64,000 nucleotides of DNA from an uncultured delta proteobacterium (lineage in GTDB: Bacteria > Desulfobacterota > BSN033 > UBA1163): the NCBI GenBank assembly GCA_963827685.1, contig CAWHBU010000004.1, forward strand, positions 576,001 through 640,000, given 5' to 3'. The translations under genes were made by a program, and so were the position numbers. Positions 20,471 through 30,837 of the stretch are shown here, piece by piece (within the stretch, counting starts at the first letter, position 1; each line of letters opens with the position of its first letter). The notes beneath the pieces were generated by a model. That model was not told the origin of the DNA. It worked only from the letters and a program-made list of their open reading frames with translations, and did not search any database.

Positions 20471-21352
20471 TTAGACCCTTTCCTCCAATTCCTTAAACTT
20501 CCCAAACAGACCCGATGGCTTGATCGCAAGAACTAAGACGATCGCTGCGAGATAGACGACCATCATCCATTCAGGCTTAAAGTATGTACCGGTGATGACC
20601 TGAGCGTATCCAAGGATGAGGCTTGCCACAAGAATCCCGGAAACGCTTTCCAGTCCTCCAACAATCCCAACGGCCACGGCTATCAGCAACACCTCATATC
20701 CCTGATTGATTGAAATGATACCCAGAGGAAGAATGACAACAGCAGCGACAGCAGCCATCGCCGAACCAAAGGCTAAGCTGAGGGCAGCGGTCCAATCCGA
20801 TCTTATACCGAGGGAGATCGCTGTACGCTCATTCTGAGCGATCCCCCTAAAGGCCAAACCAATCCGGGTATGGTGAGTAAAGAAATACAGAAAGAGGACC
20901 ATCGCCAATCCAATTCCAATGATGAAGAGACGCTGATAGTCGACCGGTGCTCCAGCGATGAACACCATCCCCTTTTTTAAATAAGGCAGGGTGTACTCAT
21001 AGGTGACAAATCCCAACCAGCGGAATAACTCCAATATCCCAACCCCCAAGGCGAATGTGGCGATCACCTCGGACAACGGTATCCCCCGCACCCTCAAAAG
21101 GATGACCCAGTAAGTAGCGAACCCTAGAAGTCCGACAACCCCTATCGTCACTACGATGGCCAGGATGAAGGGGAATTTAAGATAGTTGAGGAGCATCCAA
21201 ACAAGAAATCCACTGAGGATATAAAAACTTCCGTAGGCAAAATTAGCCACCCCACTAATACCGAATGTGAGGCTAAACCCCATAGCGATCAGGGCTAAAA
21301 TCACACTATTCACCAGACCGTATATGATTATGCTGCTTATCATTTTCGCCAC
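20471..21352 (-). CDS. LIV ABC permease (LivH-like)
   Basis: ALIAMGFSLTFG...NFAYG, TRIGLAFR and KPSGLFG motifs. Confidence 0.9.
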   Translation of the reverse strand: MAKMISSIIIYGLVNSVILALIAMGFSLTFGISGVANFAYGSFYILSGFLVWMLLNYLKFPFILAIVVTIGVVGLLGFATYWVILLRVRGIPLSEVIATFALGVGILELFRWLGFVTYEYTLPYLKKGMVFIAGAPVDYQRLFIIGIGLAMVLFLYFFTHHTRIGLAFRGIAQNERTAISLGIRSDWTAALSLAFGSAMAAVAAVVILPLGIISINQGYEVLLIAVAVGIVGGLESVSGILVASLILGYAQVITGTYFKPEWMMVVYLAAIVLVLAIKPSGLFGKFKELEERV

Positions 21353-21496
21353 ACTCGTTCTCCTCCCCCTTCAATGGGGGAGGATTAGCATGCCTACCGC
21401 AGGCAGGCGCGAACCACGAAAATCTATATTCCCCCCCTCTTCCCCCTTTGTATGGACTGGGAGGGATTTTATAAAACTATTTTCTAATTTAAAAAT

Positions 21497-21526
21497 GGGG
21501 GCGATCTTTCATCGGAAGATCGCCCC
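21497..21526. terminator. Hairpin (terminator/mRNA stabiliser) after binding-protein genes
   Basis: GGGGCGATCTT...AAGATCGCCCC inverted repeat. Confidence 0.6.
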
Positions 21527-21547
21527 TTCGAAAGTTTAAACCAAGCT

Positions 21548-22831
21548 TCATTTCATATAAGCAGGAAGCTCAATCTTCCCCTCAGCAACTACCTCCGGGA
21601 AGATAACCATTCTTTTCCCAGGCTTCACCCATTGAAAACCACACCCAATTGCCGTCTCTTTAGGATCAAAACCATAAACGACCTGATGATCCTTGGTAAA
21701 TCTTATTCTTCCAACGACTCCTTGCATATCTGTTTGTTCGAGGGCTTTGACCACTGCATCCGGTTCGATGGTCTTGGCACGCTCAATCGCATTAGCCATA
21801 ATATAGACAGCATCATAACTCGGTCCTGGTCCATGATGTGAGAGTCTCTTCCTTGCTTCTTCTCCCCATTTTTTACCGAAATTCTGGTTAAAAGCAACGG
21901 ACTTGGGTACTGCTTTTACTGGAACTGGTCCAACTTCATATTGCATATTGATCATCCCCTCTACTTCTCCTTTAAAAACTCCCCAGGCATTCTCGGGGGC
22001 GAGCGGGCTTGTAGAACCAGCAAGCAGAGCCGGAATTTCCATCGCGCGAGCTTGCTTAAGCAAAATGCTGCTTTGTGGCATGTCAAATATAGGCACGATC
22101 ACCTGGGCCTTTTGAGCCCTCACCTTGACCAAGGATGGTGAGAAGTCAGAAGACCCTGTAGCATAAGCATCAAAACTGATAACTTCCCAACCGTTCTCCT
22201 TGTACCACTTCTCTAATCCTTGCCCGGTCCCCTTGGCCCACAGCACGTCTTGCGTGATAATGTATGCCTTGTTGAAGTTAAATTCCTTTTTTATAAACCC
22301 CATTACTCCGCCTAAATACGTCGCAAGGTAGGGAGTATTCATGCAATTTCGGAAGATATATCTATATTTGTCGTACTCATCCGTAACCTTTTTCTGCATG
22401 AGCGGGCTCATGGCAATAGAGCAAATGTAAGGCAATTTATATTTAGAAATAAGATCCATAGTTGACAATAAAACCTCAGAGCGGAAATTGCCCAGTACGA
22501 TTGCATGGGGCTTCTTCTCCAAGATGAGCTTCTCCGTCGCCGTCAACGCATCTTGCACCGGGATTCCGGGCTCATGCTCCCTCGTATCGATGGAATAGGC
22601 TTTAAGGAGGTGCTTTCTATTGCCTACCTGCACGCCACCCTTCGCATTGATCTCATCCACTGCCATCTGAATGGCCATCCAGCCGTCTCTCCCTTCGATA
22701 GAACCTAAGGCTGTTGGAACCCCAAAGACAATCGGGTCACCAGGTTTGAGTTGGGCAACGGCTGCATAAGGAAGGGTCATGAGAATCGCTAAAACGGAAA
22801 GAATAAGGATAAGACATGTGTTCTTTTTCAT
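21548..22831 (-). CDS. LIV-family substrate-binding protein
   Basis: Signal peptide and EINAKGGV motif. Close paralog of the upstream split gene. Confidence 0.9.
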   Translation of the reverse strand: MKKNTCLILILSVLAILMTLPYAAVAQLKPGDPIVFGVPTALGSIEGRDGWMAIQMAVDEINAKGGVQVGNRKHLLKAYSIDTREHEPGIPVQDALTATEKLILEKKPHAIVLGNFRSEVLLSTMDLISKYKLPYICSIAMSPLMQKKVTDEYDKYRYIFRNCMNTPYLATYLGGVMGFIKKEFNFNKAYIITQDVLWAKGTGQGLEKWYKENGWEVISFDAYATGSSDFSPSLVKVRAQKAQVIVPIFDMPQSSILLKQARAMEIPALLAGSTSPLAPENAWGVFKGEVEGMINMQYEVGPVPVKAVPKSVAFNQNFGKKWGEEARKRLSHHGPGPSYDAVYIMANAIERAKTIEPDAVVKALEQTDMQGVVGRIRFTKDHQVVYGFDPKETAIGCGFQWVKPGKRMVIFPEVVAEGKIELPAYMK

Positions 22832-22859
22832 AAGCCTCTCCTCCTCGTGAACAAAGACT

Positions 22860-24142
22860 TTATTTCATATGAAGTGGAAGATCGATCTTCCCTTCTGCAA
22901 CGACCTCTGGAAAGACAACCACCCTGGTTCCGGGTTTTTTCCATTGAAATCCACAGCCCAGTGCTGTCTCTTTGGGATCGATCCCATATACGACTTGATG
23001 ATCTTTACTAAACCTGATCCTTCCCACAACCCCCATCATATCCGTCTTCTCAAGGGCAGTGACAAGGGAGTCGGGATCGAGAGTCTTAGCACGCGCAACC
23101 GCATCGGCAAAGATATAAACAGAGTCGTAGCTCGGCCCCGGACCATGACCTGAGAGCTTCTTTCTCGCTTCCTCCCCCCACTTTCTCCCAAAATTCTGAT
23201 TAAAGGCTACGGACTTGGGCACGGCTTTCACAGGGACCGGTCCAATTTCAAACTGCATGTTTACCATTCCTTCCACCTCTTTCTCAAACACATCCCAAGC
23301 ATTTTCAGGGGCAATAGGACTGATGAAACCGGTTAGGAGAGCCGGAATCTGCATCGTACGGGCCTGCTTTAGCAGAGTTCCACTTTGAGGCATGTCAAAA
23401 AAGGTTACGATTAACTGGGCTTTTTGAGCTCTGACCTTCATAAGAGATGGAGAAAAATCACTGGCACCCAAGGCATAAGCATCATAACCCCCCACTTCCC
23501 AACCATTTTCCTTGTACCATTTATCCAATCCTTTTCCGGTCGCTTGAGCCCATAACGTATCTTGTACAATAATATATGCCTTGTTGAAGCCAAACTGTTT
23601 TCTGATATACCCCATCACTTCTGCCATATACATGGCGAGGTAGGGAGAATTAAGACAATTTCGAAAGCAATATTTATATTTATCATAGTCATCTACAATC
23701 TTTTTCTGGAACAAGGGTGTCATTGCGATGCAACATATATAGGGCAATTTATACTTGGAAATAAGGTCCATCGTTGCAAACAATACCTCAGAACGGAAAT
23801 TACCCAGGGCAATCACATGCGGCTTCTTCTCCAAGATAAGCTTTTCCGTCGCTGTCAATGCATCCTGCACCGGAATTCCGGCTCATGCTCTCTCGTATCG
23901 ATGGAATAAGCTTTGAAGAGATGTTTTGTATTGCCTACCTTCACGCCTCCCTTTGCATTGATCTCTTCCACCGCCATCTGAATGGCCATCCAGCCGTCCC
24001 GCCCCTCAATAGAACCTAAGGCTGTTGGAACCCCCAAGACAATTGGATCACCGGGTTTGAGCTGGGCGACGGCGTTGTGAGATATACCAATGAAGACCGT
24101 TAGGACAAAAAAGAAAGAAACTAAAAATGCACTCTTTTTCAT
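22860..24142 (-). pseudogene. LIV-family substrate-binding protein split by a 1-nt deletion at ~23880 (pseudogene or sequencing error)
   Basis: Paralog reads GAG CCC GGA ATC CCG GTG (EPGIPV); here one C is missing. Restoring it joins ORFs 23855-24142 and 22860-23870. Confidence 0.85.
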
Positions 24143-24298
24143 AACCCACTCCTCCTTTCTGTTATCTTTCTCATCGCACCCTCAAGAATTTAAGGGGATA
24201 TTACTAATTCCCTCACCAACAGACTTCATCCAGCTTTTTGCTTGGTCCATATCCCCACTTTTTAAAGAGTCTATTCTGTCAATGCTTCGCCCCCCTCC

Positions 24299-24634
24299 CT
24301 ATTTAGGAGAAGATGCGTGAGTCCGTATGAACTCAAGAATGTCAGGGCCGATGTACTCGTCGCTCGTGTTGATGTGGTATATCTCTGATAAGTGATTGTG
24401 ACCTATGAGTTGCTTGATCGCTGGACAGGCCTTGTCACGTTGACTCAAGGCCTGAAGCAATTCCACTGTTTGAACGTCAAAGTGATAAGGATTGAACTCG
24501 GCAAAGGCCTCTATGAACACGGGAATTTTGCGTCCCTCTATATGTCTTATCGACGCCATAGAGGGGTATTTTGACACATCTTCACCATAGTAAGCTGGTG
24601 CTGGGACCTTTGCTGGATCACAAAGTCCTGACAT
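24299..24634 (-). pseudogene. Probable C-terminal remnant of an alpha/beta hydrolase (esterase)
   Basis: SG..D...AYYG...PVFI..AEFNP...GHNHLSEI resembles the acid/His end of HSL-type esterases. The GxSxG half is absent. Confidence 0.55.
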
Positions 24635-24650
24635 GAGTATTGCTCCATTG

Positions 24651-24720
24651 ATCGACCGAGTGATCGGTAGATTATTTTAATAGTTTATTTATCAGATAGC
24701 AAAATCTTTGTCAAGACTTT
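24651..24720 (-). promoter_or_regulatory. Sigma70-like promoter with palindromic operator ACCGA-N4-TCGGT
   Basis: TTGACA at 24709-24714 (-) and palindrome at 24655-24668. Paralogous block at 25531-25600. Confidence 0.6.
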
Positions 24721-24913
24721 TTTTAACATTTAACTTTTATGTAATTTAGACATAGCCAAGGCACAGAACCGGATGACGCCCATTTTCCCTTCGAGCGGAG
24801 GAAGGGCGGGAATCGGGGAGGTAAGTCGAATCTTTTGAAATTCCAGAAAGAAAACGGAGGGGCAGGGCCGGGAGAGAAAACTGATTCTTAACATGCCGCG
24901 GAACATTTCCATA

Positions 24914-25492
24914 TTAGGCACCTGGGGCTAGTATTCCTCTGAGGAAAACCTCATTAAATATTATTCCTAACTGGTTTGGTCCGATCCCTCTTGTAGATTT
25001 GGGATTGTACCATTGGTACGTCCAGTGGACCATACCAAAAAAGATAAAGGCAAGGATCGAATGGTCTATCGGTTTCAAAAGCTTCCTTTTGGCCAAGTCT
25101 TTAAATAGGTGTTTTAATGCCTCTACGTAGTCACGTTCCTTCTTGATGCATATCTGTCGGTGTTCGGGGATAAGGGATTTCCTTTCGGAAATCAGAATGG
25201 TTAGTTGATGTTTATGTCCGGCGTATTGCTCGACATAGAACTTACAAATCTCACTCAATTTTTCTATTGGGTCGATGTCGGCGTTGTAGATTTCGATGAT
25301 TTTCTTGTACGCATTTTCCATGAACAGGGTCATGATCGCATAGAGGATCTCTTCCTTAGAAGAAAAATAATGGAACATCCCGGGTACGCTTAAGCCTGCT
25401 TTCTCAGCGATATTTCGCACGGAGGTTCCATCAAAGCCTTTCGGTGCAAACAGTTCTGTGGCAGCCTTTAGAATTCTTTCTTTGTTCGACAT
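24914..25492 (-). CDS. TetR/AcrR-family regulator (KstR2-like C-terminus)
   Basis: ILKAATELF..KGFDGTSVRNIA...MFHYFSSKEEIL HTH and WTYQWYNP. Start 25492 or 25525. Confidence 0.92.
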   Translation of the reverse strand: MSNKERILKAATELFAPKGFDGTSVRNIAEKAGLSVPGMFHYFSSKEEILYAIMTLFMENAYKKIIEIYNADIDPIEKLSEICKFYVEQYAGHKHQLTILISERKSLIPEHRQICIKKERDYVEALKHLFKDLAKRKLLKPIDHSILAFIFFGMVHWTYQWYNPKSTRGIGPNQLGIIFNEVFLRGILAPGA

Positions 25493-25530
25493 GAATAATC
25501 TTGATCTATTCTGTTTTTTTACCATAAACG

Positions 25531-25600
25531 ATAGAACGGGTAATCGGTAGAATATTTAAGTCGTTTACTTATCAAATGGCAACATTTTTGGCAAGACTTT
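25531..25600 (-). promoter_or_regulatory. Promoter/operator block upstream of tetR, paralogous to 24651-24720
   Basis: Ungapped similarity over 70 bp, TTGCCA -35 and imperfect ACCGA-N4-CCGTT palindrome. Confidence 0.55.
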
Positions 25601-25624
25601 CTTAAGAGATCATTCTTTGCCTTG

Positions 25625-26773
25625 TCAGTATTTCCCCAGAAGCTCTCGGGCTATAATTGTTTTTTCAACCTCTTTGGTTCCTTCGTAGATTTCGACCACC
25701 TTGCAATCCCGGTAGAAACGCTCGATAGGGTAGTCTCCGATAAACCCATATCCTCCGTGGAGTTGAAGGGCTTCTTCAGCGACCCTCACTGCCGTCTCTC
25801 CTGTGTACCACTTCGCCATGGAGATGAGGTGAGGTTGCACTCTCCCGTGGTCGAGAAGCCAGGCGGCTTTCCGGTAGAGATTTCGTCCCGCTTCGATTCG
25901 GGTGGCCATTTCTGCAATCTTGAACTGCGTGACCTGGAAGGAGGCGAGGGGTTTACCAAATTGTTGCCGCTTTCGAACATGTTTGATGGCCTGCTCCATG
26001 GCTCCCTGGGCCAGCCCTACCGCTTCGGCGGCTACGTGGAGCCGGGTGTGATCGAAGAAGACCATAAATTGCTGAAACCCTCGACCTGGGGTTCCGACCA
26101 GATTCTCTTTGGGTACCCTGACATCGCTGAAAGAGATTTCAGCCGTATCAGAGGCACGGAGGCCAAGCTTGTTTCTCAGCTTCGTGGCCTCGAAGCCTTT
26201 ACGATCTGTCTCAACCATGACCACACTGAATCGGTCATGCCGGGATTTGGCGTGAGGTTCTGTCACGCAAAGGACCAAAAGATAATCGGCAAGGGTCCCG
26301 CCGGTGATGAATGTTTTGGTACCATTGATGACATATTCGTTACCATCCAGAATCGCAGTGGTCCTAACCGAGGAGACGTCACTTCCCGCATCCGGTTCGG
26401 TGATGGCAGCTCCGGTGATGGCCCTCGCCTGCACCAGGGGAGGCACCCATTTCATTTTTTGCTCCTCAGTGCCAAAAAGGAGAATTATTTCCGAGCCAAA
26501 AGTGCCTGCCAGGATAAAATGGGCGATCCCAGGGTCAACCCGCCAGAATTCCTCGTTGATGAGGCAGTGCTCCAAGAACCCTAATCCTTGACCGTCGTAG
26601 GCCTCGGGAATGAAGACACCGACAAAGCCAAGTCTGCAAGCCTTTTCCCAGAGATGTTTTGGAGACTTCTCCTCCCGGTCGCACTCCTGGGCTAGATCCG
26701 GGAACTCTTTCTCAGCAAATTCTCTTGCGGCCTTGATGATATCCTGCTGTTCATGCGTCAGATCGAAGTCCAT
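25625..26773 (-). CDS. Acyl-CoA dehydrogenase
   Basis: MDFDLTHEQ start, AITEPDAGSD, RQQFG, QLHGGYG and IYEGT. Confidence 0.95.
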   Translation of the reverse strand: MDFDLTHEQQDIIKAAREFAEKEFPDLAQECDREEKSPKHLWEKACRLGFVGVFIPEAYDGQGLGFLEHCLINEEFWRVDPGIAHFILAGTFGSEIILLFGTEEQKMKWVPPLVQARAITGAAITEPDAGSDVSSVRTTAILDGNEYVINGTKTFITGGTLADYLLVLCVTEPHAKSRHDRFSVVMVETDRKGFEATKLRNKLGLRASDTAEISFSDVRVPKENLVGTPGRGFQQFMVFFDHTRLHVAAEAVGLAQGAMEQAIKHVRKRQQFGKPLASFQVTQFKIAEMATRIEAGRNLYRKAAWLLDHGRVQPHLISMAKWYTGETAVRVAEEALQLHGGYGFIGDYPIERFYRDCKVVEIYEGTKEVEKTIIARELLGKY

Positions 26774-26775
26774 GA

Positions 26776-26873
26776 TTATCCTTCCTTGACCAACCGATTC
26801 CTTGTTTCCGTCTTCGCTAACTCCCGTGCGGCTAAACGGATCTGTTTTGCCGGTTGGCCAGTTCAAAATCCAT
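26776..26873 (-). pseudogene. Collapsed acyl-CoA dehydrogenase remnant (5' head)
   Basis: Near-identical DNA to the start of 14645-15793 (MDFELANRQ/QIRLAARE) with a 1-nt deletion, then a short tail to TAA. Confidence 0.7.
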
Positions 26874-27054
26874 AACAACTCCCTATTTTAAGATGAAACC
26901 AAACCTATTTTAATATGAGTGGGAAATGGTTTCAATGATCTATAAAGTTTTTGGGTCCCATCGATTCTTTGCCCGGATCAGTCGTCCTGGCCATGGCCTG
27001 GCTTAGTTCAAGTTTGCTGCCTCACTATAGTGGTTTTATATCTCCGGAAGATTT

Positions 27055-27858
27055 TTATTCTTTAGATCGCCGGGTCTTCACGTTCCCAAATTTCATCTGG
27101 GCCAATAATTTGTTTAGGGCCAATCGATGTTCCTCCGTCTTCATGGAGTCGAGAAATGTCCTGGCTTCATACTGTATGACTTGATCCAGAGTGGATTGCA
27201 TCCCATGACGTAGAATCTCTTTCGACCTTTGTACGGCCGTAGGCGGCATGGAGGCAATTTGTTTGGCCATCTTTTTGGCCTCAGGCATCAGCCGGTCGTG
27301 GGGAAATATCCGGTTCACCGCGCCTATCTCTAATGCCTCGTGAGCATCAAAGGGCCTGGCAGTGAAGATAAGCTCTGCCGCTTTGCCGTACCCGATGAGC
27401 CTGGGCAGAAAATAGGTGCTGCATAATTCCGGGGTGAGTCCGATCCGGACGAAGGCTCCGCTGAATGTTGCCCTTTCAGAGGCCAGACGAATATCGCAGG
27501 TTAGCGTTACGGTAAAACCAAAACCATAGGATAGCCCATTGATGGCTGCGATGATGGGTTTGGGGTATTGCACAAAGGCACGAGGTAAATCGAGCAGCCC
27601 GAATCCTAACTTCTTCTTACGATCCTTACCCTTTTGTTGGGCCTCTATGAACCTGTTGAGATCGGCTCCCGCACAAAAACCCGGGCCCCGCCCGGTCAGA
27701 ATCAGGACCCGGATGTTAGGATCTTCTTCTGTCTCCTTAAGGGCATGAACCAGCTCCACCATCATTGTTTCACTCAAGGCATTTAGAACTTTAGGCCTGT
27801 TGAGGCAGAGCAAAGCGATCCCTTCTTCTCTGATCAATTCAATATCTTCGTATTCCAT
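27055..27858 (-). CDS. Crotonase-family enoyl-CoA isomerase/hydratase (PaaG-like)
   Basis: LNRP..LNAL, FCAGADL and AAING motifs. Lacks the two canonical hydratase Glu; has FVRIGLTPE. Confidence 0.88.
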   Translation of the reverse strand: MEYEDIELIREEGIALLCLNRPKVLNALSETMMVELVHALKETEEDPNIRVLILTGRGPGFCAGADLNRFIEAQQKGKDRKKKLGFGLLDLPRAFVQYPKPIIAAINGLSYGFGFTVTLTCDIRLASERATFSGAFVRIGLTPELCSTYFLPRLIGYGKAAELIFTARPFDAHEALEIGAVNRIFPHDRLMPEAKKMAKQIASMPPTAVQRSKEILRHGMQSTLDQVIQYEARTFLDSMKTEEHRLALNKLLAQMKFGNVKTRRSKE

Positions 27859-28171
27859 GATTTTCTCCCTTCAAGAAAATCCTTTCGATCAAATTGTGGC
27901 TTCGTTCCATATCTTCCTGCCGGATGTCCCGGTAGCGGGGAGAGCCCTCATCATCCATCTCAACCCCATTCTCTCTTTGGACATTCACCAAGTCTTCGAG
28001 GGCGGGGGGCCTCCGGGGTGAGAGGAGAATCGTTGAACAAGACGAAGTTGGGTGTGACGAGGGTCTGAGTTTTTGAAGGTGGATATTGAAGCCCCCGGCA
28101 AAGATTAAGCGCCCCGGCTAAAAAGGCGGTATTGGACACCGATTCTTCTCCGAGGGGTTTCCCGCACAAAT

Positions 28172-28500
28172 TTATTTCTTTACTGAGTCGGGTCGCAGCA
28201 TGATTTCAGCGATCGCGTCTTTCTGCTCTTCCTCTGTTCCGAGTTCCACACCGATTGCCCAGGCATCCCGGAAGTAGTGCTCGATGGCTTGTTCTGCCAT
28301 ATCACCGTAACCGCCGAATATCTGGAGCGCCTCATCGACCATCCCGATCAATCTCTTACCGACCTCCAGTCGAGCAGTAGAGAAGAATCACAGGTCCAAT
28401 CTCCCCTGGTCATATTCTATAGCAGAGTTATATATTTCCCACACGGTTCCCAAGAGGCACCTTAACCTCTTTGGAATGGAACTCTCCATGGGGAGTGTCA
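28172..28500 (-). pseudogene. Degraded acyl-CoA dehydrogenase C-terminal remnant
   Basis: Minus strand reads ...EVKVPLGNRVG / ...L*FFSTARLEVGKRLIGMVDEALQIFGGYGDMAEQAIEHYFRDAW...GTEEEQKDAIA...KK*, with a stop and a deletion. Confidence 0.75.
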
Positions 28501-28532
28501 GGCTCCCTCTCCTCCATCATCTTACAAATTTG

Positions 28533-29675
28533 TTAGAAGCCCGATTCTCGAGCGATTACCGTATGATGGATTTCGGAGGTCCCTTCGGTCACGGTGAAAA
28601 GTCTCCCATCCCTCCAGTAACGCTGTATGGGATACTCCATCGTGTATCCATACCCACCATGGATTTGCATGGCCTGGGCAAGGATTTCCTGGAGGGTCTC
28701 TGCGCAGAAGAGTTTCACCATGGAGGCCTCCTTCATCACCCGATTCCCATCATCGTAAAGACGGGCGACTCGATAAGTGTATGATCTCATGACATCTATC
28801 TTCATAACCATCGCTGCGAGCTTAAACCGGGTGACCTGAAACTGGATAATTGGGCGGCCGAACTGGGTTCGATCCTGGGCGTACTTCAGACTGGCCTCAT
28901 ACGCAGCCTGGGCCACTCCCGTACAACGTCCCCCATAGGTGATCCTTCCTGACATGAGGGTATCTCGAATCTGTTCGAATCCTTTTCCTTCCTTATCCCC
29001 GATCATGTTAGCGGCAGGGATACGACAATCATCAAAAAGTAATTCCCCGGTCTCGGCAGATCGGTTACCTACTTTCTCCAACTTCCGAGTAACAGCAAAA
29101 CCTGGCGTGCCTTTTTCCACCACAAAAAGACTGATGCCTTCTGCTTTACGAGCAGGATCTACGGTGGCCGCTACGACGGCATAGTCGCAAATCGTTCCGT
29201 TCGTAATGAAGGTCTTCGCTCCCCGAAGGATATAGTGATCCCCATCTTTTATTGCCCTCGTTTTGATACTCGCAGCGTCCGATCCTACGTCCGGCTCGGT
29301 AAGAGCGAAGGCCCCAATTTTCTCTCCTTTTATCGCCGGAAAAAGAATGCGCTCCTTGAGCTCCTGGGAACCGAACTGGTAGATTGGAACCGTAGCCAGG
29401 CCGCCCTGAACCATGAGACCTGCCGCAATCCCTGCGCAGATACGATTGAGTTCTTCTGCGAGAATGCATTCTGTTATCTTATCTGCACCGCCACCCCCGA
29501 TTTCTAAGGGATACCTGACGCAAAGATAACCCAATTGTCCCATCCTCCGGAATAGGTGCAAAGGGAACTTACCCTCGGCCTCCGCCTTTTCCACTAATGG
29601 TGCCACCTCTTTCTCAACCAAACGCCTTATTGCTTCTTTAGCCATTCGTTGTTCTTCTGTTAACTCAGATTTCAT
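28533..29675 (-). CDS. Acyl-CoA dehydrogenase
   Basis: FALTEPDVGSD, RTQFGR, QIHGGYG and VTEGT motifs. Confidence 0.95.
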   Translation of the reverse strand: MKSELTEEQRMAKEAIRRLVEKEVAPLVEKAEAEGKFPLHLFRRMGQLGYLCVRYPLEIGGGGADKITECILAEELNRICAGIAAGLMVQGGLATVPIYQFGSQELKERILFPAIKGEKIGAFALTEPDVGSDAASIKTRAIKDGDHYILRGAKTFITNGTICDYAVVAATVDPARKAEGISLFVVEKGTPGFAVTRKLEKVGNRSAETGELLFDDCRIPAANMIGDKEGKGFEQIRDTLMSGRITYGGRCTGVAQAAYEASLKYAQDRTQFGRPIIQFQVTRFKLAAMVMKIDVMRSYTYRVARLYDDGNRVMKEASMVKLFCAETLQEILAQAMQIHGGYGYTMEYPIQRYWRDGRLFTVTEGTSEIHHTVIARESGF

Positions 29676-29837
29676 GTCTCTCCTCCCGGTTTTAATTTAA
29701 TAGAAAAACTTTTTTGTGCCAGACCATCCGTTGCCGCCCATCCCCCTCTGAGGACTGAGAACCCAGGGGGGGCTGGTTTTTACTTCAAGACAAAGCCCGT
29801 TGAATGAATCGAGCGTAGGACAAGGGATGAAGTGATT

Positions 29838-30617
29838 CTAATGATTCTTAAAAATAGGTTTTCTCTTTTCCAAAAAAGCGGTGACTCCTTCTTTAAAATC
29901 CTTGGTTTTGTAAACTTCTCCGTAGAGCTCTGTATCCTTCTTCAAGGAGTCCAAATAGGAATGTCGAGAAGCCTCGAACATCGCCTTTTTTGCGAAATGG
30001 ATGGCTGCTGGTCCTCTGGCGATCTGCTTCGCCAAGGTCATTGCTTCCTCCATCAATTTTTCGTGGGGGACCACACGATTGACCAACCCGATCCTCTCCG
30101 CCTCTGCTGCATTAACGATCTTCCCCGCATAAATTATCTCTTTGGCCCAACCGGACCCGATCAGCCGCATCAGACGGACATTCCCTCCATACCCTGGCAT
30201 AATCCCCACCCGAACCTCTGTCTGACCGATCTGAGCCTTCTCGCTGGCGATCCGGATGTCGCAGGCCAATGCGATCTCACAACCCCCTCCCAACGCCCAA
30301 CCGTTGATCGCAGCGATCACCGGTTCTTCCATCGATTCCATGAAGACGAGGATCTCGTTGGCCTTCGTTGATGCATTGATCGCATCTTGAGGGGTTCGAT
30401 CCTTGAGCATGTTAATGTCCGCTCCAGCGATGAATGCCTCATCGCCCACACCGGTGATAATGCCCACTCTGAGATTGGGGTCTCCATGCAACCGCTTCAC
30501 TACATCTTCCAACTCCATCCAGGTCTCCCAATTCAAGGCGTTCCTCACCTCAGGCCGATTGACCTTAATGATTCCTATTCCATCACCCGTTTCATAGATC
30601 AAATTTTTGTAGGACAT
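29838..30617 (-). CDS. Enoyl-CoA hydratase (crotonase)
   Basis: FIAGADI, GGGCEIALACD and QTEVRVGIMP; both catalytic Glu present. Confidence 0.93.
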   Translation of the reverse strand: MSYKNLIYETGDGIGIIKVNRPEVRNALNWETWMELEDVVKRLHGDPNLRVGIITGVGDEAFIAGADINMLKDRTPQDAINASTKANEILVFMESMEEPVIAAINGWALGGGCEIALACDIRIASEKAQIGQTEVRVGIMPGYGGNVRLMRLIGSGWAKEIIYAGKIVNAAEAERIGLVNRVVPHEKLMEEAMTLAKQIARGPAAIHFAKKAMFEASRHSYLDSLKKDTELYGEVYKTKDFKEGVTAFLEKRKPIFKNH

Positions 30618-30837
30618 ATGGATCCTCCCTCTTTTTCTTATCTTGGATAAAATCCAGCTTATCACTCATCACGGAGCATTAAAAAATTCAGACAATCAAA
30701 TCCCAATCACGCCAGGGCGGGCCCACATGATAATCCAGACTTTGATGAAAGGCTTGAGCATGCGTCATTGGGATTTGTGTTTACTATCGACGCTTGGAGC
30801 TTAGTTCTTATCGTCGTGAATGACTGAATGCGTCGTT

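Noticed and set aside
24730-24910. Purine-rich intergenic stretch / 63-aa ORF, possible IS remnant
   Set aside because: No terminal repeats or transposase motif could be identified.
25622-26584. 320-aa plus-strand ORF
   Set aside because: Antisense shadow of the acyl-CoA dehydrogenase, with no motifs. The same applies to shadows such as 3315-3959, 39077-39673, 44377-44979, 48474-49142 and 54814-55563.
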